From an uncultured delta proteobacterium (lineage in GTDB: Bacteria; Myxococcota_A; Polyangia; Polyangiales; Polyangiaceae), in contig CAWKKR010000001.1 of NCBI GenBank assembly GCA_963850305.1, positions 768,001 to 832,000 on the forward strand: DNA of 64,000 nt, in the 5' to 3' direction. Of the stretch, positions 42,734 to 53,014 are shown in pieces (position 1 is the stretch's first letter; the number at the start of each line of letters is the position of its first letter). A model generated the notes under the pieces. That model saw nothing but the letters and a program-made list of their open reading frames with translations. It was not told the DNA's origin and searched no databases. Both the position numbers and the translations under genes were made by a program.

Positions 42734-43045
42734 TCAGAGTTCGCCGCGTTTTGCCTTGTCGATCCAGCGACCGATCTCCCGATCGACGGCGCCGAGCGCC
42801 CGGTCCTTGAACGGCCGGAGAAGGAACGGCACGTCGAGGTCCATGTCGATCGAGTGCGGGCGCACCTCCAGCACGCCGCGGAGGGTGATCCCCTTCGCGG
42901 TGAACGAAATGTCTGCGCGGTCGTCGCTCGTCCAGTTTGCGGTCGGATGGTACTTGGCGTAGCGCTCGCCGTAGGCCGCGAACGCCGCCATGGCTGCCTT
43001 CTTCGCCGTCTCTCTTCCGAGATCATGGGAAACGCTGTGCTTCAT
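42734..43045 (-). CDS. Polyhydroxyalkanoic-acid-system (PHA_gran_rgn)-like small protein
   Basis: MKHSVSHDLG...LDVPFLLRPFK; ATGA overlap with the upstream gene. Confidence 0.7.
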   Translation of the reverse strand: MKHSVSHDLGRETAKKAAMAAFAAYGERYAKYHPTANWTSDDRADISFTAKGITLRGVLEVRPHSIDMDLDVPFLLRPFKDRALGAVDREIGRWIDKAKRGEL

Positions 43046-43968
43046 TTCCGGTCCTCTCCGAGATCCTGCCAGGCGCGTTCTCGACGGAGTTCCCGCGCTT
43101 TGCTCGCGACGTGGGCGAGCGCCCGATCCCTGTACCATCGCCCGCGTTCGGCGTCCTCCAGCAGCAGGAAACTCGATTCCGCGTCCACGATGACGGATTC
43201 CATCTCCCGGAGCAGGCCGGCGAGGGCGACGTGCGTTGCCGCACGGCGCGGGTCGAGCCCCGCCGCACCCCCGACCCCGACGACCAGACCGATGAGCCGC
43301 TCGCGCAGGGGCTCCGGAAAGCGGTATCGGGCGCCGAGCGAGACTAGATAGCCGAGGAGCGCGCCGTTCACGTGGATGTCCTCGATCGTGCGAAACGCCT
43401 TCGTGAAGTCCGTGTACCCGTCGCCTGGGAGCACCTGGTCCGGTGTGACGCGGACCGCGTCGAAGGCCAGCTCCGCGTGGGGCACTTCCGGGACGAACGG
43501 CGGTGCCGGCATCGGGGTCACCTTGATTTTGGGGGCACCCGCATCGACCCTGACGGCGCGCAACCGGGGCCGGTTCGCGTCATCCACGCCGGTGGTCGCG
43601 ATGACGACCAGCACGTCGGAGAGGGGAGCCATGGTGCTGAAGCGCTTGCTCCCGGTGAGCACGAATTCGTCCCCGTGCGCCTCGAGCCGCGTCGCGATCG
43701 CCCGCGGGTGATTCCCGGCGTCTTCGGTCACGCAGAACGACGCGATCGACTCCGGCCCGAGCGACGGGACCAGCGCGTGGAGTGCCGCTTCGTACCCCGC
43801 CGCGAACGCGAACCCGACCCGGTCCGCGACGAACCCGGCCGCGACGGCGCGCTCCGCGGGCGCGGGGAAACGGTCGCGGACCGACTTCGTCAGGGACCAC
43901 CACTGCCGCAGATCCGTAGCGGGGACCACGGGCGGCCGCTCGCGGAGCAGGAACTCGAGAAGAGACAT
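43042..43968 (-). CDS. Short acyl-CoA dehydrogenase-like protein
   Basis: FCVTE, LTGSKRF and LPGDGY motifs; 308 aa. Confidence 0.75.
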   Translation of the reverse strand: MSLLEFLLRERPPVVPATDLRQWWSLTKSVRDRFPAPAERAVAAGFVADRVGFAFAAGYEAALHALVPSLGPESIASFCVTEDAGNHPRAIATRLEAHGDEFVLTGSKRFSTMAPLSDVLVVIATTGVDDANRPRLRAVRVDAGAPKIKVTPMPAPPFVPEVPHAELAFDAVRVTPDQVLPGDGYTDFTKAFRTIEDIHVNGALLGYLVSLGARYRFPEPLRERLIGLVVGVGGAAGLDPRRAATHVALAGLLREMESVIVDAESSFLLLEDAERGRWYRDRALAHVASKARELRRERAWQDLGEDRK

Positions 43969-43979
43969 CGGGTTCGCGA

Positions 43980-45050
43980 TCAGAGAAAGTGCGGCATGAC
44001 CTTTTCGGCGAAGGTCTTGATGCTCTCCGTGACGAGCTCCATCGGCACGGTGCCCATCTGCATCACGAGGATGAGCTCGTCCACGCCGATGTCCACGAAG
44101 CGCTGCACGTAGTCCCTCGCCGCGGAAGGATCGCCCACGCACACGTTCGCCGAATCTCCGGGGCGGTTTCTGTTGGCCATCGCCGCTTTCAAATCCGATT
44201 CGACAAAAAAATCTCGATGGATCGGGAGCTTTCCGACCGGTCGATCCGCGCCCATGTAGTACTTGCCGAGCGCCTCGCTGAAGAAGCGCGCCGCTCGGAA
44301 CCCGTACTCACACGCCTTGCGATCATCCTCGAGCACGAGGGTCGGCGGCGTGCAGGCGAAGTGATTGACGACCATCTCCCCGACGGGCACGGCCTTCGAC
44401 ACGGCCTCACGGTAGGCGTCCACCTTGTCCGCAAGATAGTCGTCCGACCCCATCGCGAAGTTGAGCGCGCCTAACCCCATCTTCCCGACCGCCGCAGCAG
44501 AGTCCGGCTTGGTGCACGCGGCGAACATGGGCGGGTGCGGCGATTGAACCGGCTTCGGCACGATCTGCGTCGGGGGAATGTCGAAGAATTTCCCCTTCCA
44601 CTCGAAGACGTCCCTCTTCCACATCTGCGGGATCATCGTCACTGCCTCGACCCATTGTTCGTGGAGCGTCGCGAGGTCGTTCTGGAACGCCAGCTGTTCG
44701 ACCTTCGACGAGCTCTTGCCCGAGCCCCAGTTCACCCGCCCGCCGGAGAGAACGTCGAGCGCCGCGATGCGTTCCGCGATGCGGATCGGGTGGTTGTAAC
44801 GATGCGGGAGCAGCGTCACGCCATGACCCACACGGATGCGCTCGGTTCGCGCGGCGACGAAGGAGAGAAAGATCTCCGGCGCCGACGAGTGCGAATACTC
44901 GAGCAGCCCATGGTGCTCGACCGCCCAGATCGCGTGGTACCCGAGCTTGTCCGCCAGCACCGCCTGGTCGACCGCCGTACGGAACATCGCCGCTTCGGCG
45001 CCGCGCGTGGGCTCGGAGATCTGCATCTCATAGAAAAGGGAGAACTTCAT
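43980..45050 (-). CDS. LLM-class flavin-dependent oxidoreductase
   Basis: MKFSLFYEMQ, WAVEHH, SAPE, HPIRIAERIAALDVLSGGR and PKPVQSPHPP motifs. Confidence 0.9.
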   Translation of the reverse strand: MKFSLFYEMQISEPTRGAEAAMFRTAVDQAVLADKLGYHAIWAVEHHGLLEYSHSSAPEIFLSFVAARTERIRVGHGVTLLPHRYNHPIRIAERIAALDVLSGGRVNWGSGKSSSKVEQLAFQNDLATLHEQWVEAVTMIPQMWKRDVFEWKGKFFDIPPTQIVPKPVQSPHPPMFAACTKPDSAAAVGKMGLGALNFAMGSDDYLADKVDAYREAVSKAVPVGEMVVNHFACTPPTLVLEDDRKACEYGFRAARFFSEALGKYYMGADRPVGKLPIHRDFFVESDLKAAMANRNRPGDSANVCVGDPSAARDYVQRFVDIGVDELILVMQMGTVPMELVTESIKTFAEKVMPHFL

Positions 45051-46421
45051 GCTCTGGATGCTCCTCGCTCGAACCACGTCGACAGTCCTCTGGCGATGCG
45101 TCCCTGAACCCCGGCGGCCGCAGTCGAGCGGCGAAAACCGCTCACGATGCCGCCGAGGAGGAGCCCCGCGAACGGCTCGCCGCGCACACGGATCTTGCCG
45201 ATCATCGTCGCGGTCGCCGTATCGAGGTGGCCCGAGAGGAGTTCGAGAAACGTCTCGGCCGCGAGCGTGATCGTCGCATCGACCGGGCGCGGGATACCCC
45301 GCTTGAGACCGAGGACGCCCTCGTTCAACGACAGGCCGAAATCGCCGCCGCCCGGTCCGGTCACATCGACGTGAACGGTTATTTTCACGTTCAGGGCTTC
45401 CCGCGGCATTTCGCCTCTGCCGCGCGCGAGCCGCGCGAGTCGGGGCACCATACCCAGAAAATAATCGGATCCGGGGGTCGGGCTCCGCGCGCACGTTCTT
45501 GCCGAACGCGATCGCGACGTCCGCGCTCGTCGGGTAGCGCGGCTTCCACCCGAGGACGTCCCGCGCTTTCCGTCCGTCCACGATCATGTCGTGCTCGCCT
45601 GCCTGAATCCACCCGAGCTCGACCCGATGCTCGCCGAGCAACGGCGCGAGCGCTCCCGTCGCTCGCGCGGCCGCGTCGACCACCTTCTTGGGGAGCTTGC
45701 GCGCCTGAAAGCCCGCGAGCCGGGCGAGCTCTTGCCCTGAAAGCGGATCGCTCGCCACGAGGTTGAAAGCCCCGCGCGCGGTGCCCGTGACGGCGAGGAC
45801 AATCGCATCGGCTACGTCCTCGTCCCAGACGATGGGCCCTCGAGCTTCGCTGACGAGAGGCATGACGCGCCGGCGCAAGAATCGCTCGCTCACGTGCGCG
45901 ATCCGACGCCCGACGAGAATGCCCGGCCGCAAGCGAACGACGGCAACGTCCGAGTGCGCCGCTTCGAAAGTGTCGAGGTACTCTTCGACCTCGTACTTGT
46001 TGTCCGCGTACACGAGCGTCGGACTTCCGCGACGCGGCGTCATCTCAGTGATGGGGTTCGGATGTCGGACCCCGACGCCATAGGCAGCAACGGACGAGAC
46101 GTGCACGATCCGGCCGACCTCGTGTTGCGCTGCCGCATCGAAGATTCTCTTGCTACCCTCGACGTTGACGGCTCGCATCGTCTCGACGGACGCGCGCCGC
46201 GCGACGATGAACGCGAGGTGCACGAGCACGTCCGCGCCCTCGAGGTGCCGCTCGAGGCCGGGGTCCCGCATATCGCCGATTCTCCAGTCGATTCGCGCGC
46301 TCGGAACGACGGGCGGTACGAGGTCGAGACAGACGATCTTCTTGATCTTTCGCGTGAGCACGAGGCGCTCGAGCACCAGGGTGCCGAGCTGACCGGAGCC
46401 TCCCGTCACGACAACCTTCAT
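45047..46421 (-). CDS. Extended SDR (NAD-dependent epimerase/dehydratase) fused to an SCP2 domain; frameshift near 45460
   Basis: TGGSGQLG, HLA, SS and YADNK motifs. The SCP2-like C-terminus (DATIT...GKIRVRG) is in ORF 45047..45451. Confidence 0.8.
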
Positions 46422-46504
46422 GCGCGCCTATCCATGCCCAGAGTGCCGCAAATATCCGCTACGCTCACCAGCGTAAAGCTCTTTCTCCTCCGCCGAGAGC
46501 CCAC

Positions 46505-47668
46505 ATGACCACGCCAGCGCTCGGAAACCGTCTGCGGTTTCTCAAACAGTCCGAGATTCGCAAGATGACCATCGAGTGCGCGCGCGTCGGCGGGCTCAAT
46601 CTCTCGCAAGGCGTTTGCGACACGCCGCCGCCAGCGATCGTTCAGCAGGCGGCCCGTGACGCCATTGCGGAGGGCTGCAACACCTACACGCGCTACGACG
46701 GCCTGCCCGAGCTCCGGACGGCGATTGCCAGGAAGCTTGCGAAGGAAAACGGCATCGACGTCACCGGCGACGGCGACGTCGTGGTGACGAGCGGCTCGTC
46801 GTCCGCGTTTTACGGCGCGTGCCTCGCCGTCCTCGACCCTGGCGACGAGGTCGTCTTGTTCGAGCCGTTCTACGGCTATCACCTCGACACCTTGACGGCT
46901 CTCGGCGTCGAGGCGCGCGTCGTGACCATGCGCCCCCCCGGGTGGACATTTCACCCCGACGACCTGCGCGGCGCGATCGGGCCTCGCACGCGGGCCATCG
47001 TCGTCAATACGCCCTCGAACCCGTGTGGCAAGGTGTGGACTCACACGGAACTCGAGCTCGTCGCGACGATCGCCGAGGAGCACGACCTGTTCGTCCTCAC
47101 TGACGAGATCTACGAGTATTTCGTCTACGACGGGCGGCGGCATGTGAGCCCCGCGTCGCTGCCGTCGCTTCGGGATCGCACGATCACGATCAGCGGGTTC
47201 TCGAAGACGTTCTCGATCACCGGCTGGCGCATCGGGTTCAGCGCAGGCAAGCGCGAGCATCTCGAGCGGCTCGGCCTCGTGAACGACCTGGTCTACATCT
47301 GTGCTCCGGCGCCGCTCCAGCGCGGCGTCGCCCGTGCGCTCGAAACCCTCGACGCGTCCTTTTACGACGACCTCGCTACGGAGTATCTCGCGAAGAGGGA
47401 CAAGATCTGCGCCGCACTCGACCGCGCTGGCCTTCCGCCAATCGTTCCCCAGGGCGCATACTACGTGCTCGCCGACACGTCGCGGCTCCCCGGAGACACG
47501 AGCAAGGCGCGGGTGATGCACTTGCTCGAAAAGACCGGCGTCGCCGCCGTTCCGGGAGATGCATTCTACGCCGGACCGGGGGGGAACGCGCTCGCTCGGT
47601 TCTGTTTTGCCAAGACGAGCACGGACCTGGACGATGCGTGCCGGCGGCTCGAGCGCTCGTCCGTCTGA
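46505..47668 (+). CDS. PLP-dependent aminotransferase class I/II
   Basis: NLSQG, NTPSNPCGK, DEIY and SKTFSITGWRIG motifs. Confidence 0.92.
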   Translation: MTTPALGNRLRFLKQSEIRKMTIECARVGGLNLSQGVCDTPPPAIVQQAARDAIAEGCNTYTRYDGLPELRTAIARKLAKENGIDVTGDGDVVVTSGSSSAFYGACLAVLDPGDEVVLFEPFYGYHLDTLTALGVEARVVTMRPPGWTFHPDDLRGAIGPRTRAIVVNTPSNPCGKVWTHTELELVATIAEEHDLFVLTDEIYEYFVYDGRRHVSPASLPSLRDRTITISGFSKTFSITGWRIGFSAGKREHLERLGLVNDLVYICAPAPLQRGVARALETLDASFYDDLATEYLAKRDKICAALDRAGLPPIVPQGAYYVLADTSRLPGDTSKARVMHLLEKTGVAAVPGDAFYAGPGGNALARFCFAKTSTDLDDACRRLERSSV

Positions 47669-47682
47669 TCTGCGAGGATCGA

Positions 47683-48813
47683 ATGCAACTCGACGAGTCG
47701 TACGAACTTTATCGACGGACCTGCCTCAAGTTCACGGAAGAGTGCATCGCGCCGAACGTCGCTGCGTGGGAAGAAGCTGGCGAGTTTCCGGTCGAGCTAT
47801 ACCGGAGGGCGGCGAGTGCGGGCATCCTCGGCGTGACGTTTCCCGAGGAATACGGGGGTGGCGGCGGCGATCTGTTCCACGCCATCGTCACGACGGAGAC
47901 GCTGCTCACGGCGGGGTCCACCGGTGTCGCGGCTGGCCTCGGCTCGCTCGGGATCGCCCTGCCGCCCATCTTCTTTCTCGGGTCGGACGCGCAGAAACGC
48001 AGGTTCCTCCCGCCGGTGCTCGCGGGCGAAAAGATCGCGGCCCTGGCCATAACGGAGCCCGGCGCGGGCAGCGACGTGAGCGGCGTCACGACGCGCGCCG
48101 AGCGCCGCGGCGATGGCTACGTCCTGAACGGCGCCAAGACATTCATCACGAGCGGCGTCCGGGCGGATTTCGTGTCCGTGCTCGCGCGCACGGGGCCCGA
48201 CCCGCACGGCGGGCTCACATTCTTCGTCGTCGAGAAGGGCATGAAGGGCTTCTCGGTCTCGCGCGCGCTCAGGAAGACGGGCTGGTGGGCGAGTGACACC
48301 GCGGAGCTCGCGTTCGACGACGTCGAGGTCCCCGAGGAAAATCGCATCGGAGACGAGGGGTCTGGTTTCGTCGCTCTCATGCGAAACTTCCAAACCGAAC
48401 GACTGGGTCTCGCCGTCATGGGACACGCCACCGCAGAAATCATGCTCGAAGACGCACTCGCGTACGCGAAGCGGCGCCACGCGTTCGGCCGCCCGCTCGC
48501 AGGGTTTCAGGTGACGCGTCACAAGCTCGCGGAAATGGCGACCCTCGTGAACGTCGCGAAGAGCTACAATTATGACCTCGCGCGGCGCGTGACGAACGGC
48601 GAGTACCTCGTCGGAGAAACGAGCATGGCGAAGAATTTTTCCTCCGAGGTCGCGATGAAGGTCTCCTACGAAGCCGTGCAGATCCTGGGCGGTATGGGTT
48701 ACATGCGGGAGACGCGGGTCGAACGCCTGTCGCGAGACGCCCGGCTCTTGCCCATCGGCGGAGGCACGACCGAGATAATGAACGAGATCATCGCCAAGAG
48801 GCTCGGATTATGA
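47683..48813 (+). CDS. Acyl-CoA dehydrogenase
   Basis: AITEPGAGSD, NGAKTFITSG, QILGGMGY and IGGGTTEIM motifs. Confidence 0.93.
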   Translation: MQLDESYELYRRTCLKFTEECIAPNVAAWEEAGEFPVELYRRAASAGILGVTFPEEYGGGGGDLFHAIVTTETLLTAGSTGVAAGLGSLGIALPPIFFLGSDAQKRRFLPPVLAGEKIAALAITEPGAGSDVSGVTTRAERRGDGYVLNGAKTFITSGVRADFVSVLARTGPDPHGGLTFFVVEKGMKGFSVSRALRKTGWWASDTAELAFDDVEVPEENRIGDEGSGFVALMRNFQTERLGLAVMGHATAEIMLEDALAYAKRRHAFGRPLAGFQVTRHKLAEMATLVNVAKSYNYDLARRVTNGEYLVGETSMAKNFSSEVAMKVSYEAVQILGGMGYMRETRVERLSRDARLLPIGGGTTEIMNEIIAKRLGL

Positions 48814-49709
48814 TCGGCATCGACATGGGCGGGACGAGCGTGAAGATCGCCGACATCGAAGGCGTCGAGGTCCTCCAGTCCGCGAACATCCTCACACCGG
48901 TCGGACAGACACCGGATCGCATTCTCGATCAGATCGCCGCCGCCGTTCACGTGCTGGATCCGTCGCCGCGGGAGCTCGGCATGGCGATTCCGGGCGAGGT
49001 AGACAGTGACGGCAAATGCTATCGCCTTCCGAATATTCCGGGTTTCGAGGACGTCCAGATCGCACGTGAGCTATCGAAGCGCACGGGGGCGACCGTCACG
49101 GTGGAGAACGACGCGACCACTGCGGCGTACGGCGAGGCGCTCTTCGGACACGGGCGTGAACACGCGAGCTTCCTCATGGTCACGCTCGGCACGGGCATCG
49201 GAGGCGGCCTCGTGCTCGGGCGGCGGCTCATTCGCGGCTCGCACGGCTTCGCGGCGGAGATTGGCCACCTCACGGTCGACTCGGCACCGGACGCTCGGGC
49301 CTGCGCGTGCCGCAACCGCGGCTGTCTCGAAGCGTACGCGGGCACGCACGCCCTGCTCGATTTCTTCGCTGCCGCAGGCGGCACCGCGCACGAAATCGTG
49401 CAGGTGGCCGACAGCGCGCATCGCGGCGAAGCCGCCGGGATCGGCGCGTTCGATCGCATGGCGGACGCGCTCGCCATCGCGCTGAACTCGATTCAAAACA
49501 TGCTCGACCTCGACGCCGTGGTCTTCGCGGGCGGCATCTCCAAGTCGTTCGACCTCGTCGAACCGCGGTTGCGCGAACGCCTGCGTGCGCGGTGCTTCGC
49601 CAAGCCCCTCGGCGAAGTGCCGCTCCTCGTCAGCAAGCTCGGCAGCGCCGCCGGCGTGGTCGGCGCCGCCAATCTTCCGGGGCTCAGCCGCGCCCTGCCG
49701 CCACCCTGA
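48810..49709 (+). CDS. ROK family sugar kinase (glucokinase-like)
   Basis: GIDMGGT, ENDA, GTGIGGG, EIGH and CACRNRGCLE motifs. Confidence 0.9.
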   Translation: MIGIDMGGTSVKIADIEGVEVLQSANILTPVGQTPDRILDQIAAAVHVLDPSPRELGMAIPGEVDSDGKCYRLPNIPGFEDVQIARELSKRTGATVTVENDATTAAYGEALFGHGREHASFLMVTLGTGIGGGLVLGRRLIRGSHGFAAEIGHLTVDSAPDARACACRNRGCLEAYAGTHALLDFFAAAGGTAHEIVQVADSAHRGEAAGIGAFDRMADALAIALNSIQNMLDLDAVVFAGGISKSFDLVEPRLRERLRARCFAKPLGEVPLLVSKLGSAAGVVGAANLPGLSRALPPP

Positions 49710-49767
49710 TATCGGACTTTCCAGCGCGACACCGCGGGCAACCCCTGGTCCCCGAACCACCAAACCC

Positions 49768-50745
49768 ATGAAAGCCATCATCGTCACCGAACCCGGAGGT
49801 CCGGAGAACCTGAAGCTCGCGGACGTCCATGAGCCCGCCCTCCGCGACGGGTACGTGCTCGTGGACGTCGAGGCCACGGCGTTGAATCGCGCGGACCTTT
49901 TGCAGCGCCGCGGGTTCTACCCACCACCGAAGGGCGAGACCGACATCCTCGGGCTCGAGTGCGCCGGCGTCGTCTCGGAAGTCGGAGTCGGCGTCGCGTC
50001 GCTCCGGAAGGGTGACCGCGTGATGGCGCTGTTGCCCGGTGGCGGCTACGCCGAGCGGGTCCTCGTGCACGAAAAGATGGCCGTCCCGATCCCCGCGTCA
50101 CTCGACTTTCGCCGCGCGGCGGCGATTCCGGAGGCGTTCCTGACGGCGCGTGAGGCGCTCTTCACGCTCGGTCAGGTCGCGGCGGACGACGTCGTGTTGA
50201 TCCATGCGTCCGCGGGCGGCGTCGGCTCGGCGGCAGTGCAGCTCGCGCGTCGCGCGGGGGCCACCGTCGTCGCGACCGCCGGCACCGCCGACAAGATCGC
50301 CAAGGTGAGAGCCCTCGGCGCGCACGTCGTGGTCAACTATCATGACGAGGACTTCGTCGAAGCGGTCGCCGCCGTCAGCCACGGCAAAGGGGCGAACGTC
50401 GTCCTCGACTTCGTCGGGGCGGCGTACTGGCCAAAACACGCGTCGTGCCTCGCCGTCGGCGGGCGCGTGATCGTCATCGGTATCCTCGGCGGCGCGTCGG
50501 CGGAGGTGAATCTCGCGCAGTTTCTCTCCCGCCGGTATCAGCTCCTCGGCCTCGTGATGCGCTCGCGCGATCTCTCCGACAAGATCCGGATCACGCAGGC
50601 CTTCATCCGGGAAACGCTACCCCACCTCGCGAGCGGTGCCCTCGCGCCGGTCATCGACAGCGTCTTTCCGCTGGCCGACGCCGCGAAAGCCCACGAGCGC
50701 ATGGAAGCGAACGCGAACATCGGCAAGATCGTGCTCGAGCTCTGA
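49768..50745 (+). CDS. NAD(P)H-quinone oxidoreductase (PIG3/zeta-crystallin family)
   Basis: NRADLLQRRGFYPPP, GLECAG, HASAGGVG and GKIVL motifs. Confidence 0.92.
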   Translation: MKAIIVTEPGGPENLKLADVHEPALRDGYVLVDVEATALNRADLLQRRGFYPPPKGETDILGLECAGVVSEVGVGVASLRKGDRVMALLPGGGYAERVLVHEKMAVPIPASLDFRRAAAIPEAFLTAREALFTLGQVAADDVVLIHASAGGVGSAAVQLARRAGATVVATAGTADKIAKVRALGAHVVVNYHDEDFVEAVAAVSHGKGANVVLDFVGAAYWPKHASCLAVGGRVIVIGILGGASAEVNLAQFLSRRYQLLGLVMRSRDLSDKIRITQAFIRETLPHLASGALAPVIDSVFPLADAAKAHERMEANANIGKIVLEL

Positions 50746-50879
50746 CGGCTCGGTCATCGCCGGAGTCTTCCGGGGGCGCCCCGCTGAAACGAGCGCGGCG
50801 TGAGCCCCGGGCGGCGCCGGGTCACGCCGCGCGGCACATGGCGATCTGCAGCCGCGCATGCGCGTCGAGGTCCCGAGCG

Positions 50880-51653
50880 TCACTTGACGATCCGGCGCGT
50901 CATGGTCCGCAAAGAGAGCCACGCCGCGGGCCCCAGGAGCACGAAGATGGCGGCGAGGTGCAAGGTCAGCCCGGCCGTCAGGTGCCCGCGAACGAGGGCT
51001 CGGGAGAGCTCGACGACGTGCGTGAGCGGTACCGCCTGGGACACCACCCGGACGACCTTCGGCATCTCGTCGAGCGGAAAGAAGACGCCGCCGAAGAGGT
51101 ACATCGGTGCGATGACCAGCGTGAAGTAGTAGTTGAACACCTCGTAGCTCTTCGACAGCCCCGCGACGACGAGCGCCATCGCGGAGAACAGGAGCCCCGC
51201 GAGAAACGCGAGCGGCACCACGAGCACGGCCGTCCACGAAGGGACGAGCCCGAACACCGTCGCGACCAGGAGTACGACCGTGCCGCCGAAGCACGCCTTG
51301 AGCGCGCCGAACAGGATCTCCCCCGCGACGAGCTCCGGAAGCCCGATCGGCGTCGCGAGGATCGCGTCATACGTGCCCTGCCGCTCGAGCCGCGTGTACG
51401 CGCCGAACGAGCACTCGAACGTCGCGGTGTACATCACCGTCGAGACGACCAGGCCCGGCGCGATGAACTCCGCGTACGACATGCCGTCCAGCTTCGGCAC
51501 CACGCGCCCGAGCCCGAAGCCGAGCGCGACCAGATAGAGCAGTGGTTCGCCCACGTAACCGACGGCGCTCGCCGCCGCGAGCCGCCGCCACACGACGAGG
51601 TTCCGCGCGGTCACGGCGCCCGCGTTCCGGGCGAACTCGGCGAGGTTCGTCAT
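50880..51653 (-). CDS. ABC-2 permease (NodJ-like)
   Basis: EPLLYL, FIAPG, TYDAILATP and GVFFPL motifs; six TM segments. Confidence 0.88.
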   Translation of the reverse strand: MTNLAEFARNAGAVTARNLVVWRRLAAASAVGYVGEPLLYLVALGFGLGRVVPKLDGMSYAEFIAPGLVVSTVMYTATFECSFGAYTRLERQGTYDAILATPIGLPELVAGEILFGALKACFGGTVVLLVATVFGLVPSWTAVLVVPLAFLAGLLFSAMALVVAGLSKSYEVFNYYFTLVIAPMYLFGGVFFPLDEMPKVVRVVSQAVPLTHVVELSRALVRGHLTAGLTLHLAAIFVLLGPAAWLSLRTMTRRIVK

Positions 51654-52585
51654 TCGGACAGGTCGCGTCCGGCGAGGCGCAGGAAGACGTCCTCGAGCGT
51701 GGCGCGCCGCACGAGACACGGCACACGCTCGCCGCGCGCGCGTTCGAGAAGCAGAGCGAGGAGCTCGCCGTGCTCCCGAAGGAAGAACAGCCGCACGTCC
51801 CCCGCGCGCTCGGTCACGATGCCGTCGAGCGGGAGACCATCGATCACGCTTGCTTCCTTTTCGGCTGGCACGCGCAACTCCACGACCTCGGTCCCCGCGT
51901 GTTCGGCGACGAGCGCCTCGGGCGTTCCCGACGCGATGATGTGGCCATGGTCCATGATGACCAGCGTGTCGCAGAGTCGCTCGGCTTCCTCCATGTAGTG
52001 CGTCGTCAGCACGATCGTGACGCCGCGGTCCCGCAGCTCGCGGAGCTTTTGCCAGACCAGGTGACGCGCCTGTGGGTCGAGCCCCGTCGTCGGTTCGTCC
52101 AGGATCACGAGCTCGGGCTCGTTCAGGAGCGCCCGTGCGATGACGAGCCGGCGCTTCATGCCGCCGCTCAGCTCCCCGATCTGCTTTTTCCGGGCGTCCC
52201 CGAGGGACACGAAGTCGAGCAAAGCGTCGGCGCGCCTCCGCGCGACGACCGCGGGAATCTGGAAATAGCGCGCGTACACCTCCAGGTTTTCGCCGACGGA
52301 CAGGTCCGGATCGAGATTGTCGTCCTGGGGAACGACCCCGATGCGGCGGCGCACTCGTGCCCCCTCCGACGCCGGGTCGAGCCCGAGGACGCGCAGCACG
52401 CCGCTCGTCGGCGCGCTCACGGCTTGCACCATCCGCATCGTGGACGTCTTGCCCGCCCCGTTCGGCCCGAGGAACCCGAAGCACCGCCCCGCGTCGACCT
52501 GGAACGAGACGCCCGCGACGGCCTCGAAATCCCCGAAGCGCTTCCTCAAGTCCGACGCTTCGACGGCAACGAGCGGCGCGCTCAC
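51650..52585 (-). CDS. ABC transporter ATP-binding protein (NodI-like)
   Basis: GPNGAGKT, VVPQDDNLD, LSGGMKRR and DEPTTGLDPQARH motifs. Confidence 0.92.
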   Translation of the reverse strand: MSAPLVAVEASDLRKRFGDFEAVAGVSFQVDAGRCFGFLGPNGAGKTSTMRMVQAVSAPTSGVLRVLGLDPASEGARVRRRIGVVPQDDNLDPDLSVGENLEVYARYFQIPAVVARRRADALLDFVSLGDARKKQIGELSGGMKRRLVIARALLNEPELVILDEPTTGLDPQARHLVWQKLRELRDRGVTIVLTTHYMEEAERLCDTLVIMDHGHIIASGTPEALVAEHAGTEVVELRVPAEKEASVIDGLPLDGIVTERAGDVRLFFLREHGELLALLLERARGERVPCLVRRATLEDVFLRLAGRDLSE

Positions 52586-52887
52586 CCGTCCACCGACCGC
52601 AGGCGCACGAGGCCCGCACCCGGCTTGAGCACGGCCTGACACGCGAGGCGCCCCGTCGAAGGCCCCCGCAGGATCGACAGGAGCTCGGCTTCCTCGGCGT
52701 TGGGGGGCTCGAGGTATTCGGCTCCCTCCGTCACGACGACGTGGCACGTCCCGCACGTCGCCGACCGGCACGAAAACGGGATCGGCGCGTAGTGCGCATC
52801 GCACACGTCGACGAGCGCACCCCCGTCCGGCGCATCGACCGCCTTCGCCTTGCCGAACACGCTCTCCAGGAACTCGACCCGAGCCAC
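52582..52887 (-). CDS. 2Fe-2S ferredoxin
   Basis: CRSATCGTC...RLACQ; GTGA overlap with the ABC ATPase gene. Confidence 0.9.
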   Translation of the reverse strand: MARVEFLESVFGKAKAVDAPDGGALVDVCDAHYAPIPFSCRSATCGTCHVVVTEGAEYLEPPNAEEAELLSILRGPSTGRLACQAVLKPGAGLVRLRSVDG

Positions 52888-53014
52888 CGGCGTGGTTTAG
52901 CTGAGCGGGAGCAGAGTTGCATGGGCCGTGTGACGGCTGGACCGATCATTCGGCCTTCTCGCCTTCCTGTGCCCTCTCTCTTCTCGACCCCCGAACCGTG
53001 CTACCCGGAGCGGC

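Noticed and set aside
43980..46421. 813-aa SDR-LLM fusion protein in the ORF track
   Set aside because: An extra base near 45460 reads through the SCP2 domain out of frame; the LLM gene has its own ATGA-coupled start at 45050.
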